57,232 nt of DNA from Kiritimatiellia bacterium (GTDB taxonomy: Bacteria > Verrucomicrobiota > Kiritimatiellia > UBA8416 > JABMPJ01): assembly GCA_029939545.1 (NCBI GenBank), contig JAOZSS010000003.1:1-57232 (forward strand), in the 5' to 3' direction. Positions 18,133 to 27,137 of the stretch are shown piece after piece; the first letter of the stretch is position 1; the number at the start of each line of letters is the position of its first letter. The notes beneath the pieces are model-generated. The model saw only the letters and a list, made by a program, of their open reading frames with translations, was not told the origin of the DNA and did no database searches. The translations under genes and the position numbers were made by a program.

Positions 18133-19091
18133 ATGCAGCGACTGATCAAAGACGAATTGAATCTGATCCTTCAGGAGGGGGAGGGGCTCAAAATCGAGTT
18201 CAAGGAACGGCTTGCGGGTCTGGATCGAGAACTCGTGGCTTTTGCCAATGCATCCGGCGGACGGCTGTTTATGGGGGTTTCGGATCGGGGGAAGGTTGTT
18301 GGCATTGAGATCGACAATGCACTGCGCTCTCGTGTTCGGGATATTGCACGCAATTGTGAACCGTCCGTGGAGATTCAGCTTGAGGACGCGGGAGATGTGC
18401 TGGTGGTTCATGTCGACGAAGGGCGCGATAAGCCCTATCGGTGCTCCTCGGGTTTCTATACCCGCATGGGCCCCAATACACAGAAGCTTACACGCAGCCA
18501 GATTGTTGACTTCATTCACAGCGAGGGACTTGTCCGATGGGATCAGAAATGGCGTCCCGATCTCGATTTTGATGATGTGTTTGATCCGCGATTGCTGAGA
18601 AGCTTCCTGCGCAAGGCTCATATCACCACGGAGCTGAGCGATCTGGATGTGAGGCGGATATTGTCTCCAACATTGATGAGGCCATGCTCTTCCTGAAACG
18701 ACACTTGAGCGTTCGCTACGAGTTTGATGGCTCGCCGCAACGCAAAGAAATCCCCGAGTTGCCCCACAAAGCCCTGAGAAAAGCCGTGATCAACGCCATG
18801 ATCCATCGCGACTATGCCATGCAAGGCGCCACCACCATGGTTTCAGTCCTTGATGACCGTGTCGAAATCTTGCTTGAGGCTCTTGACCATGCAATGGGAC
18901 GAACGGAATTACAGTCCAGACTTGAATTGCAAAGTCAGGCCAATTTTCGAGATCGTTATTTAATGCCTGCGCTTGATGCTGGGTTGATCGAACGAACTAT
19001 CCCTGATAAACCGACCAGCCGCCTTCAGAAGTATCGGCTGACGCCCAAGGGCAGGCAGATTGTGCAGACAACAGCGGCGAAGAGAAGATGA
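18133..19091 (+). pseudogene. frameshifted and internally deleted AlbA_2 / HATPase_c_4 putative transcriptional regulator (RecG-like annotation family)
   Basis: The N-terminal AlbA_2-like part (EGEGLKIEFKE...LVAFANASGGRLFMGVSDRGKVVGI) ends in frame 1. The sequence continues in another frame from about 18650 (EADIVSNIDEAMLFLKRHL...ALRKAVINAMIHRDY). The HATPase_c_4 C-terminal half appears missing before the wHTH tail (PDKPTSRLQKYRLTPKG). Confidence 0.65.
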
Positions 19092-21787
19092 GCGCTGATT
19101 TGGGGTTGTTCACACTGCGGGTGACGCCTCATGGGGTGGTGGCTTGTTCCTATGAGGGGGATGAACGCTGGGCTCGGGGTGTGGCGGCTCGCTTCTCAGA
19201 GCATGAAGCGGCGGGACTGGTGGCGTTGGCGACCGCGCGTGTGCCTCATCATGTGAGTTCGTCGGTTCTCTTCTGGCGCGATATATCGGCGGACTTCCTG
19301 CGGTCGCTCTGCCATGTGCCCACGACGGAGTCCTTCACACGAGCGAGTGTTGAACCACCCGCGTCGGGTCTGTTGGCGGAGTGGACCCTGAACACGCCGC
19401 CGATGCAGGGGGCGGAATACGTCACTCCCGATGTGCTGCGCGCGGTGTGGCAGCGTCTGTTGGACTGGGCGGTGGAACAGGCGCGCGAGTGCGGTGGGCT
19501 GAGCACATTCCTGGAAACCTACGCTCCGCAATGGGCGCGCGTGGGACGGGTGACACTGCATCTGGCGGAGAACAAGGGCGACTCGGAATACCCATTTGCC
19601 TTCATGGCAACCTATGCCGCAGGCCTGTCCCGGGGTGGCCGGGTACGCCGACTTCCGCTGGGGGGCGCACTTCAGGAGTATGCGGGCGCTCGCAAGAAAC
19701 CGGAGCTGTTGAAGCTGCTCTCGCCACTACATGCGGCGGCGAAGCGCAGTGAGCTGATCGCCGATCTGGTGCAGACCAGCGACATCTTTCATCCGCTGGT
19801 CTGGACCCCCAACGAAGCCTACGCGTTTCTCAAGGAAATTCCGGTCTATGAGGAATGCGGACTGCTCGCCCAACTCCCAAACTGGTGGCGCAAGCGGGCG
19901 CGACCGAAGGTTTCCGTGACTTTGGACAGCGCCAAACATGCTGCCGTGGGCAAGGATGCGATGCTCGATTTCAATATCTCTCTGGCGCTTGGTGACGAAC
20001 AACTCTCCAAAGAAGAAACGGAGGCGCTTCTGAACGAGTCTGAGGGGCTCATGATGTTGCGGGGCGAGTGGGTTGAAGTGGATAGCGAAAAGCTGCGTGA
20101 AGCGCTTGAGCATTGGGAGCAGGTCGAGCAGGAGGTGGGCGAGGGCGGGGTTTCGTGCATTGAAGGCATGCGTCTCCTGGCCGGGGCGTCCGCGGACCTC
20201 AAAGAGGATGAGGCCATTCACGAGCATGCAGCATGGGCATTCCTGGAGGCGGGCGAGAGTCTGCGCGAAGCGTTGGCCGGACTGCGCACGCCTGCAGGAT
20301 TGGCCGGACCGGTGCCCCTGGGCTTTCATGGCGAACTGCGCGACTATCAGCTAGCGGGGCTCAACTGGCTCTGGCTCTGTTCGCGGCTGGGAGTGGGCGC
20401 CTGTCTGGCGGATGATATGGGACTGGGCAAGACCATTCAGGTGCTTGCCGCGCTGTTGCGGCACAAACAGGAATCAACAGAAGAGATTCCCAAACCGTCC
20501 CTGCTGGTGGTGCCTGCTTCATTGATCGGCAACTGGAAGGACGAGTCCGCTCGTTTTGCGCCGGATCTGAGTCTGATGATTGCACACAGCTCTGAAACAA
20601 CGAAACAGGAGTTGGCTGAGCTTGCGGATGCTCCGGAGGAGAAGCTACATGGTGCAGATCTGGTGATCACGACGTACAGCATGGTGGCCCGGCTTGACTG
20701 GCTGTTCTCGGTGGGATGGAACTGGGTGATTCTCGACGAGGCCCAGGCGATTAAGAATCCGTCGACACGTCAGGCGAAGGCGGTGAAGAAGTTGGATGGA
20801 ACGGCACGTGTGGTTTTGACAGGTACGCCCGTTGAGAATCGGCTGGGGGATCTGTGGTCGATCTTCGACTTTCTCAATCCGGGACTTCTCGGTAGCGCCT
20901 CGCGGTTCAAATCCTTTGCCAAGGCATTGGAGAATCGGGAGCATGCACGCTACGCGCCGCTCCGCAATCTGGTGGCACCCTACATCTTGCGCCGCATGAA
21001 GACCGACCCCGAGATTGTGCCGGACCTGCCGGACAAGACCGAGATGCAAGTCTTCTGCGGGCTGGCTAAACCCCAGGCCGTTCTTTACAAGCAGAGTGTG
21101 ACCGCGTTGACCCGGGCTCTTGAGCAAGCGGAGGGAGAAGGTATCAAGCGACGGGGACTGGTACTCAGCTACCTGATGCGTTTCAAGCAGATCTGCAACC
21201 ACCCCAGTCAGCTCACCGGCGATGGTGCCTATGATCCCGCCGCGAGCGCCAAGTTTGACCGGTTGGGAGCGCTGTGCAGTGAGATCGCTTCACGCGGCGA
21301 GAAGGCGTTGGTGTTTACGCAATTCCGTGAGATGACAGAGCCGCTGGCCGAGTTCCTGTCCTCGATTTTCGGCCGTGAAGGCCTGGTCTTGCATGGCGGT
21401 ACCGCCGTCAAGAAGCGCAAGGGGCTCGTGGCGGATTTTCAGCATGAAGATGGACCCCCTTTCTTTGTGCTGTCCATTAAGGCGGGGGGTACCGGACTGA
21501 ACTTGACGGCGGCCTCGCATGTCATACACTTCGATCGCTGGTGGAATCCGGCCGTCGAGAATCAGGCCACGGACCGAGCCTTTCGCATTGGGCAACAGCG
21601 CAATGTGCTGGTACACAAGTTTGTGACCCGCGGGACGATCGAGGAGAAGATTGATGCGCTGATTCAGGAGAAACAGGGTATGGCCGATGCGCTGCTCGGG
21701 GGAGGCGGCGAGAAAGCGCTGACCGAAATGAGCGACGATGAGATTCTCGATATGGTGTCGCTGGATATTGAACGAGCAAAGGTGTAA
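19088..21787 (+). CDS. SNF2-family helicase with N-terminal SNF2-associated domain (YwqA-like)
   Basis: 899 aa. LRDYQLAGLNWL, LADDMGLGKT (motif I), ILDEAQAIKN (DExx), C-terminal helicase domain (GGTGLNLTAASHVIHFDRWWNPAVENQATDRAFRIGQ). Confidence 0.9.
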   Translation: MSADLGLFTLRVTPHGVVACSYEGDERWARGVAARFSEHEAAGLVALATARVPHHVSSSVLFWRDISADFLRSLCHVPTTESFTRASVEPPASGLLAEWTLNTPPMQGAEYVTPDVLRAVWQRLLDWAVEQARECGGLSTFLETYAPQWARVGRVTLHLAENKGDSEYPFAFMATYAAGLSRGGRVRRLPLGGALQEYAGARKKPELLKLLSPLHAAAKRSELIADLVQTSDIFHPLVWTPNEAYAFLKEIPVYEECGLLAQLPNWWRKRARPKVSVTLDSAKHAAVGKDAMLDFNISLALGDEQLSKEETEALLNESEGLMMLRGEWVEVDSEKLREALEHWEQVEQEVGEGGVSCIEGMRLLAGASADLKEDEAIHEHAAWAFLEAGESLREALAGLRTPAGLAGPVPLGFHGELRDYQLAGLNWLWLCSRLGVGACLADDMGLGKTIQVLAALLRHKQESTEEIPKPSLLVVPASLIGNWKDESARFAPDLSLMIAHSSETTKQELAELADAPEEKLHGADLVITTYSMVARLDWLFSVGWNWVILDEAQAIKNPSTRQAKAVKKLDGTARVVLTGTPVENRLGDLWSIFDFLNPGLLGSASRFKSFAKALENREHARYAPLRNLVAPYILRRMKTDPEIVPDLPDKTEMQVFCGLAKPQAVLYKQSVTALTRALEQAEGEGIKRRGLVLSYLMRFKQICNHPSQLTGDGAYDPAASAKFDRLGALCSEIASRGEKALVFTQFREMTEPLAEFLSSIFGREGLVLHGGTAVKKRKGLVADFQHEDGPPFFVLSIKAGGTGLNLTAASHVIHFDRWWNPAVENQATDRAFRIGQQRNVLVHKFVTRGTIEEKIDALIQEKQGMADALLGGGGEKALTEMSDDEILDMVSLDIERAKV

Positions 21788-21792
21788 GAACG

Positions 21793-22836
21793 ATGAGACG
21801 ACGAGGACGGAGTAGATACAGTGACTACGGAGGCTGGCCCGCCTATGTGCCTGTGGCAGAGCGCCGCGCGAAGGCAAAGCGAGAGGTGGCAAAACTTCAA
21901 AAAAAGGGACAGGATATCCAGCCCGTGGAGATTGAAGGGCGCACCATTGCTCGCAGCTTTTGGGGCAAGGGGTGGTGTTCGCACCTCGAATCGTTTGGGG
22001 ACTACAGCAACCGCTTGCCGCGTGGACGAACCTATGTGCGCAACGGGTCGGTTTGTCACCTGGGTATTGAGAAGGGAAAAGTTGAAGCCATAGTTTCCGG
22101 GTCAGAGCTGTATCGCGTAAACGTCGATATCACGCCTCTGAAGAAAAGCAGGTGGAAGACCCTGAAGCAGAATTGTACGGGCAAGATAGGATCACTGATC
22201 GAGCTATTGCGGGGAAACCTGTCTGATGAAATCATGGGTACGGTTACGGACCCTGAGCAAGGGCTTTTCCCTTCTCCGCGCGAGATCCGGTATGTCTGCA
22301 ACTGTCCTGACTGGGCGGACATGTGCAAGCACATCTCCGCCGTCATGTACGGCATCGGCGCACGACTGGACACGCGGCCGGAATTGCTGTTTTTGCTTCG
22401 GGGTGTTGACCACCAGGAGTTGATCTCCGTCGATGCTGCGGTGGACGCGATTGCAGGCAGCGGATCACGTCGCGCGCGCCGTCGTTCCCTTTCCGGAAAA
22501 GATCTTGAGAATGTGTTTGGTGTGGAGTTGGAGGACAGTCCGACTGCAACGGCACCCTCGAAACCGAAGCGTAAATCGGCAAAGCGAAAAGCCGTTCCGA
22601 AGAAAGCAAAGAAGGCGTCCGCCAAGCCCCGTACGACCCGGCCCCGCAAGTCGGCCCCATTCAAGCCAACGGCCCGCTCAATAGCCAAGTTGCGTCGTCG
22701 GCATGGTATGAGCAAAGTCGAGTTTGCTCGGGCCGTTGGTGTGTCCTCCGTAACCATCGCCAACTGGGAGAAAGCCACCGGTGCCATCAATCTGCAGGCC
22801 AAGAGTCTCGCTGGGCTTATGAAGTTGGCCGGATGA
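21793..22836 (+). CDS. SWIM zinc-finger protein fused to a Lys/Pro-rich linker and a C-terminal XRE-type HTH
   Basis: CNCPDWADMCKHISAV (CxC...CxH SWIM). Linker KPKRKSAKRKAVPKKAKKASAKPRTTRPRK. Then LRRRHGMSKVEFARAVGVSSVTIANWEKATG. Confidence 0.8.
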   Translation: MRRRGRSRYSDYGGWPAYVPVAERRAKAKREVAKLQKKGQDIQPVEIEGRTIARSFWGKGWCSHLESFGDYSNRLPRGRTYVRNGSVCHLGIEKGKVEAIVSGSELYRVNVDITPLKKSRWKTLKQNCTGKIGSLIELLRGNLSDEIMGTVTDPEQGLFPSPREIRYVCNCPDWADMCKHISAVMYGIGARLDTRPELLFLLRGVDHQELISVDAAVDAIAGSGSRRARRRSLSGKDLENVFGVELEDSPTATAPSKPKRKSAKRKAVPKKAKKASAKPRTTRPRKSAPFKPTARSIAKLRRRHGMSKVEFARAVGVSSVTIANWEKATGAINLQAKSLAGLMKLAG

Positions 22837-22881
22837 ACGCAAGGATCAAGGCTCTGTCAACCGGTGCCTCAGACGGGGATG

Positions 22882-24027
22882 CTATGAGGCCTCGATCGTA
22901 TCGAGGACGGCCAGGGCGGCGCGATCGGCGGCGCCGGGTTGACCGAGACGGCGGTTGACTTCGTCCAGCTCGGCTAGGGCGGCGGCGTGGGCGGTGTCGT
23001 CGCTGATGAGGGGATCGATGGCGTCGGCAAGGTCCTTCGGTGTGCCGCCGTACTGTAGCCGTTCGGGAGCGATCTCGCGGCCGGCGATGATATTGACGAG
23101 GCCCAGGTAGTCCACCTTAGCCAGCACGCGGTACAGCAGGTAGGTCACGAGCGAGGCACGGTAGGTGATCACCATCGGGCAGCGCATCAGCGAGGCCTCG
23201 AGCGTGGCGGTCCCGGATGCAATTAGCGCGGCGCGGGCTTCACCCATGACGGGGCGGGTTTGTCCAATCACCGTTTGGCAGCGAGAGGGCCCGTCGGGGA
23301 GTTCTGACTGGACCCTCTTCACTAGCTTGGCCACGGACCCGTCGTGCACGGGAATGATGAACGACACCGCTGGGTGACGCGCTTCGATCAGCCTGGCCGC
23401 TTCCCACATGGCGGGGAGAATGCGCTCGATCTCGTGGCTACGGCTGCCGGGCAGCAGCGCGATGCGGGGTTCGCCCTGCCAGGGGAGGGGGACAGGGGAC
23501 TGCTCACGCGCTTCGGTAACCTCGTCCACGAGGGGGTTGCCGACAAAGTCGACCTGCAGGCTGGTCTCCTTGAAGTAGTCCGGCTCAAAGGGAAAGAACA
23601 CGATCAACCGGTCAAGTATGGTGGCCATGCGTGGAATCCGCGCCTGGTTCCATGCCCAAACCTGTGGGCAGATGTACTGGATGGTCTTGAATCCCATCAG
23701 GTGGGCTCGTTTCGCGAAGCGCAGGTTGAAGCCGGGATAGTCGACCAGAATAACAGCGTTGGGCTGTCGGCTGCGCAAGACAGCGAGCATGTCGTAGAAA
23801 ATACGCCGCAGGTGGCGATATTTGCTGATGACCTCGGCAAAACCGGTGACGGCCATGTCGGCAATATCGACCACCGTGTCGACCCCGGCCGCGCGCATCT
23901 GCTCGCCACCCACCCCGAAGAAGGTGATGGCGGGATCCTGCGCCCGGATCGCACGGACGAGACGGGCGGCGTGCATGTCGCCGGACGCCTCGCCGACTAT
24001 GATCATAAGACTCGTGTTACGAGGCAT
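22882..24027 (-). CDS. lpxB: lipid-A-disaccharide synthase
   Basis: Start moved to MPRNTSLMIIVGEASGDMHAARL (canonical GE-SGD N-terminus). FFGVGGEQM. Typical length of about 380 aa. Confidence 0.85.
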   Translation of the reverse strand: MPRNTSLMIIVGEASGDMHAARLVRAIRAQDPAITFFGVGGEQMRAAGVDTVVDIADMAVTGFAEVISKYRHLRRIFYDMLAVLRSRQPNAVILVDYPGFNLRFAKRAHLMGFKTIQYICPQVWAWNQARIPRMATILDRLIVFFPFEPDYFKETSLQVDFVGNPLVDEVTEAREQSPVPLPWQGEPRIALLPGSRSHEIERILPAMWEAARLIEARHPAVSFIIPVHDGSVAKLVKRVQSELPDGPSRCQTVIGQTRPVMGEARAALIASGTATLEASLMRCPMVITYRASLVTYLLYRVLAKVDYLGLVNIIAGREIAPERLQYGGTPKDLADAIDPLISDDTAHAAALAELDEVNRRLGQPGAADRAALAVLDTIEAS

Positions 24028-24053
24028 AGCTGTTGACCCGAAGGAATACGCTT

Positions 24054-25001
24054 CTACGATGGGTTCGTTTCTATCACGTGACAGATGTCGGCGGCGAGTT
24101 GGAGGGCTTTGGAGCCCTGTTCGCCCGTGACGACCGGTTCGCCGCGCGTGCGCACGCACTCCACGAACGCCTTCAGTTCATTCTCCAGTTGGTCGCCCTT
24201 CTCCGTAGGAATATCGACCACGTGCATACCGTCCGGGCCCTTGCGGTGGAGTGTGCCGGCCTGCTTACCGTAGTCGAGCGCGGCATAGGTGTCGTTCTGA
24301 AATACCGTGATGGTCCGCATTTGCTCGGCGCTGATCCGGCTGGCCGTCACGTTGGCTATGCACCCGTTCCGGAACCGCAGGCGCACGTCGGCAATGTCCG
24401 CGCTGGGGCTCATCACGGCAACGCCGAAAGCGCGGATGTCTTCGATGGGTGAACGGACGAGGTGGAGGATGATCTCGAGATCGTGGATCATCATGTCGAG
24501 CACCACGCTGACCTCCGTCCCACGGGGCGGGGCACCCTCTCGGAGGGGGGGGTAGGCGCACATGCGAATGGCCTCAATGAAGGTGGGCGCACGCATGCTG
24601 TCTTCGAGAAACGGCATCACCGGGTTGAAGCGCTCGATGTGGCCCACCTGCAGGATGATCTCCTTCTCACGAGCCAGGGCAACCATCGCTTCCGCTTCCG
24701 CCGTCGTCACGGCGATGGGTTTCTCCATCAGCATGTGCAGACCGTGGTTAGCCAACGTCTGGAACGTTTGGTGATGGAGGTGGGTCGGCACGACAATGCT
24801 GGCGGCGTCGGCCGCTTCAGCCAGCGCCTCCATGCTGTCGAAAGGACGGGTGTCGTTCTTCTCTGCAATCTCGGCGGCGCGATTGGGGTCAACATCAAAC
24901 ACGCCCACTAACTCGGCATCATCGATTGCGGCATACTTGGCCGCGTGCCATTGGCCGAGACTGCCAACCCCGAAGACGGCTACTTTCAGTTTCTCACTCA
25001 T
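24054..25001 (-). CDS. Gfo/Idh/MocA family oxidoreductase
   Basis: N-terminal Rossmann KVAVFGVGSLGQWHA. Sits between lpxI and lpxB, a commonly seen arrangement. Confidence 0.8.
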   Translation of the reverse strand: MSEKLKVAVFGVGSLGQWHAAKYAAIDDAELVGVFDVDPNRAAEIAEKNDTRPFDSMEALAEAADAASIVVPTHLHHQTFQTLANHGLHMLMEKPIAVTTAEAEAMVALAREKEIILQVGHIERFNPVMPFLEDSMRAPTFIEAIRMCAYPPLREGAPPRGTEVSVVLDMMIHDLEIILHLVRSPIEDIRAFGVAVMSPSADIADVRLRFRNGCIANVTASRISAEQMRTITVFQNDTYAALDYGKQAGTLHRKGPDGMHVVDIPTEKGDQLENELKAFVECVRTRGEPVVTGEQGSKALQLAADICHVIETNPS

Positions 25002-25003
25002 AC

Positions 25004-25852
25004 CTACTCCTGTATCTCCATCCCGATAATGCTCAGCCCCATCTGGTTGGCGGCTTGAATCACGTTCGCCTGTTCCAGGAAGATGGCTTTTCCGCCTCGA
25101 AAAGCGAGGCAGGTGGCACGGGCCCGTTTCAGCGTCTTGATCGTGCGTGGGCCGATTACCGGGATATCGAAACGCATGTCCTGGCCCTGCTTGGCGATCT
25201 TGACGACAACGGCGCCGGGACCACCCAGTTTGCCGGCACGGCGGATCGTCTTGTCGGTGCCCTCAATGGCCTCGACCGCCAGGATGACGCCCTCCTTGAC
25301 GATGAGTGTCTGACCGATCTCAAGTCCGGTTGTGGTTGTGGCGATCTGAATGCCGAGGTCGATGTCGGTCTGCTCGCGCTCATCGGGGGCGCGTGTCGTG
25401 AGTAGTCCGGCCGCGGGCATATACTCGTCCATGAACGTAGAGGCGGGGAGGACCTCGATACCGAGCTTGTCGATCTCGTCGATCAATAGTCCCAAAACGG
25501 TGTGTGGATTCTTGACCTTGAGTGCCATAAAGGTCTGGCGCGCCCACGCATCGGGTCGGAAGCGGAAGATCCGGGTGGGCCGGAGCTGTCCGGCCATGAT
25601 GGCGTGCTTCGCCCCGGCATCACGCAGCGAATCCAGCATCCTGCCGATTTGCCCAAGGTTGATCCAGTCGACCGTATCGGCCAGCCCGGCTAAGCTGCGG
25701 TGGGTCTCCCCTTTGAAGGCCACAAGATGGATGTGCGCGACGCCGTGACGGCGCGCGGCTTCCGCCAGCAGACGGGGATAGTCCCCGCTCCCGGCGATCA
25801 GGGAGAGCCGTTCTGGTGCTGCCTTATGCATGGGGTGACTATGCCGGTTCAA
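25004..25852 (-). CDS. lpxI: UDP-2,3-diacylglucosamine diphosphatase LpxI (DUF1009)
   Basis: 282 aa. LSLIAGSGDYPRLLA N-terminus and VVVKIAKQGQDMRFDIPVIG C-terminal domain typical of LpxI. lpx gene context. Confidence 0.7.
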   Translation of the reverse strand: MNRHSHPMHKAAPERLSLIAGSGDYPRLLAEAARRHGVAHIHLVAFKGETHRSLAGLADTVDWINLGQIGRMLDSLRDAGAKHAIMAGQLRPTRIFRFRPDAWARQTFMALKVKNPHTVLGLLIDEIDKLGIEVLPASTFMDEYMPAAGLLTTRAPDEREQTDIDLGIQIATTTTGLEIGQTLIVKEGVILAVEAIEGTDKTIRRAGKLGGPGAVVVKIAKQGQDMRFDIPVIGPRTIKTLKRARATCLAFRGGKAIFLEQANVIQAANQMGLSIIGMEIQE

Positions 25853-25870
25853 GGTTCTGGGTTCAAGGCA

Positions 25871-26052
25871 AAGAGAAGAACGAACAATCGAACATTCGAA
25901 CAGCCGAACTGCGAAGTGGGAATACTGAGTGCGAAGGGCTACGGCTCTTACCTTTATGGTGCGCTCGGTGGTCGGGGCTGTCCTGCATCTCGTTTGAAGC
26001 TGCCGCGTTCTTCATTCGTAGTTCGGCTGTTCGAATGTTCGTCCTTCTCTTT
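25871..26052. repeat. long imperfect inverted repeat (MITE-like or structured element) in the lpxI/argF divergent intergenic region
   Basis: Left arm AAGAGAAGAACGAACAATCGAACATTCGAACAGCCGAACT (25871-25910). Right arm AGTTCGGCTGTTCGAATGTTCGTCCTTCTCTT (26020-26052). A 22-nt core is perfectly complementary; about 110 nt lie between the arms. Confidence 0.7.
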
Positions 26053-26132
26053 TGACCTTGGATTCTGATAGAGCGGTGGCATTATGGCCTGACGCCCGTC
26101 TGGATGATGATGTCGGGTGGGAAGGATTCTCA

Positions 26133-27128
26133 ATGAGCAATGGTATTGATTTGAAGGGGCGGTCGCTGCTGACGCTCTCTGACCTGTCGGACGAAGAGAT
26201 CGCATGGTTGCTGGATGTGGCGTTGGAACTCAAACGAGACAAGCACGCGGGCACATGCGCTCAACGGCTGGTGGGTCGGCATATCGCATTGGTGTTTGAG
26301 AAGATGTCGACCCGTACGCGTTGTGCGGCAGCCGTTGCGGCAGCAGACGAAGGCGGGCGGACCGAGTACCTGGCCGCCACCGAAATTCACCTGGGCAAGA
26401 AAGAGTCGGTCGCCGACACGGCACGGGTGCTGGGCCGGATGTTTGACGGTATTCTGTTCCGGGGCTACCGGCAGGAAACCGTGGAGCTGCTGGCCGAGTT
26501 CAGCGGCGTACCGGTGTGGAACGGGCTGACTGATCTCTCGCACCCCACGCAGGCGTTGGCCGACCTGATGACGATCAAGGAGCGGTTTGGCGATCTGGCC
26601 GGGCGCAAGGTGGTCTATGCCGGCGACGGGCGCAACAACGTGGCGACCTCGCTGATGCTGGGCTGTGCGATCAGCGGGATGGATTTTGTCAATTGTACGC
26701 CTGACTCGCTCCGGCCGGCAGATGACCTGATCAAACATGCAAACCAGGTGGCTGTCGAACGCGGCGGTACGGTGCGGGTGTGTAGTGATCCGGGTGAGGC
26801 GGTCCAGGGCGCCCACGTGGTCTACACGGATGTGTGGACATCCATGGGCGAAGAGGATCAGTTCAAGGCACGCGTGGAGCTGCTACAGCCCTACCAGGTG
26901 AATATGGACCTGATGCAGGCAACCGGCAATCTGGAGTCCGACAACGTGATCTTTCTGCACTGTCTCCCCGCCTTTCACGATCATCGCACGGAGGTCACCC
27001 AGAAGTCTGGCCCCTTGGAGGTCACGGACGATGTATTTGAAGCACCGTTCTCGAAGGTGTTCGACCAGGCGGAGAATCGCCTGCATACGATCAAGGCGCT
27101 GTTTGTCTCATCACTCGAAAGGGATTAG
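26133..27128 (+). CDS. argF: ornithine carbamoyltransferase
   Basis: FEKMSTRTR, HPTQALADL, HCLPA motifs. Start moved to MSNGIDLKGRSLLTL. Confidence 0.85.
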   Translation: MSNGIDLKGRSLLTLSDLSDEEIAWLLDVALELKRDKHAGTCAQRLVGRHIALVFEKMSTRTRCAAAVAAADEGGRTEYLAATEIHLGKKESVADTARVLGRMFDGILFRGYRQETVELLAEFSGVPVWNGLTDLSHPTQALADLMTIKERFGDLAGRKVVYAGDGRNNVATSLMLGCAISGMDFVNCTPDSLRPADDLIKHANQVAVERGGTVRVCSDPGEAVQGAHVVYTDVWTSMGEEDQFKARVELLQPYQVNMDLMQATGNLESDNVIFLHCLPAFHDHRTEVTQKSGPLEVTDDVFEAPFSKVFDQAENRLHTIKALFVSSLERD

Positions 27129-27137
27129 GAGGTCATC

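Noticed and set aside
24028-24159. N-terminal extensions of lpxB. Similar extensions apply to guaB (33805..33867), the M24 peptidase (35081..35293) and argF (26052..26132).
   Set aside because: The extensions are Arg-rich and overlap neighbouring genes or intergenic signals. In each case the canonical family N-terminus starts at an internal Met.
26178-26192. Seventh copy of the SD element (TCTGACCTGTCGGAC, LSDLSD) at the N-terminus of ornithine carbamoyltransferase
   Set aside because: Only two units, with no purine-rich flank. It lies in the normal N-terminal helix of OTCases (L-x-D-L-S-x-E-E), so it is most simply native sequence.
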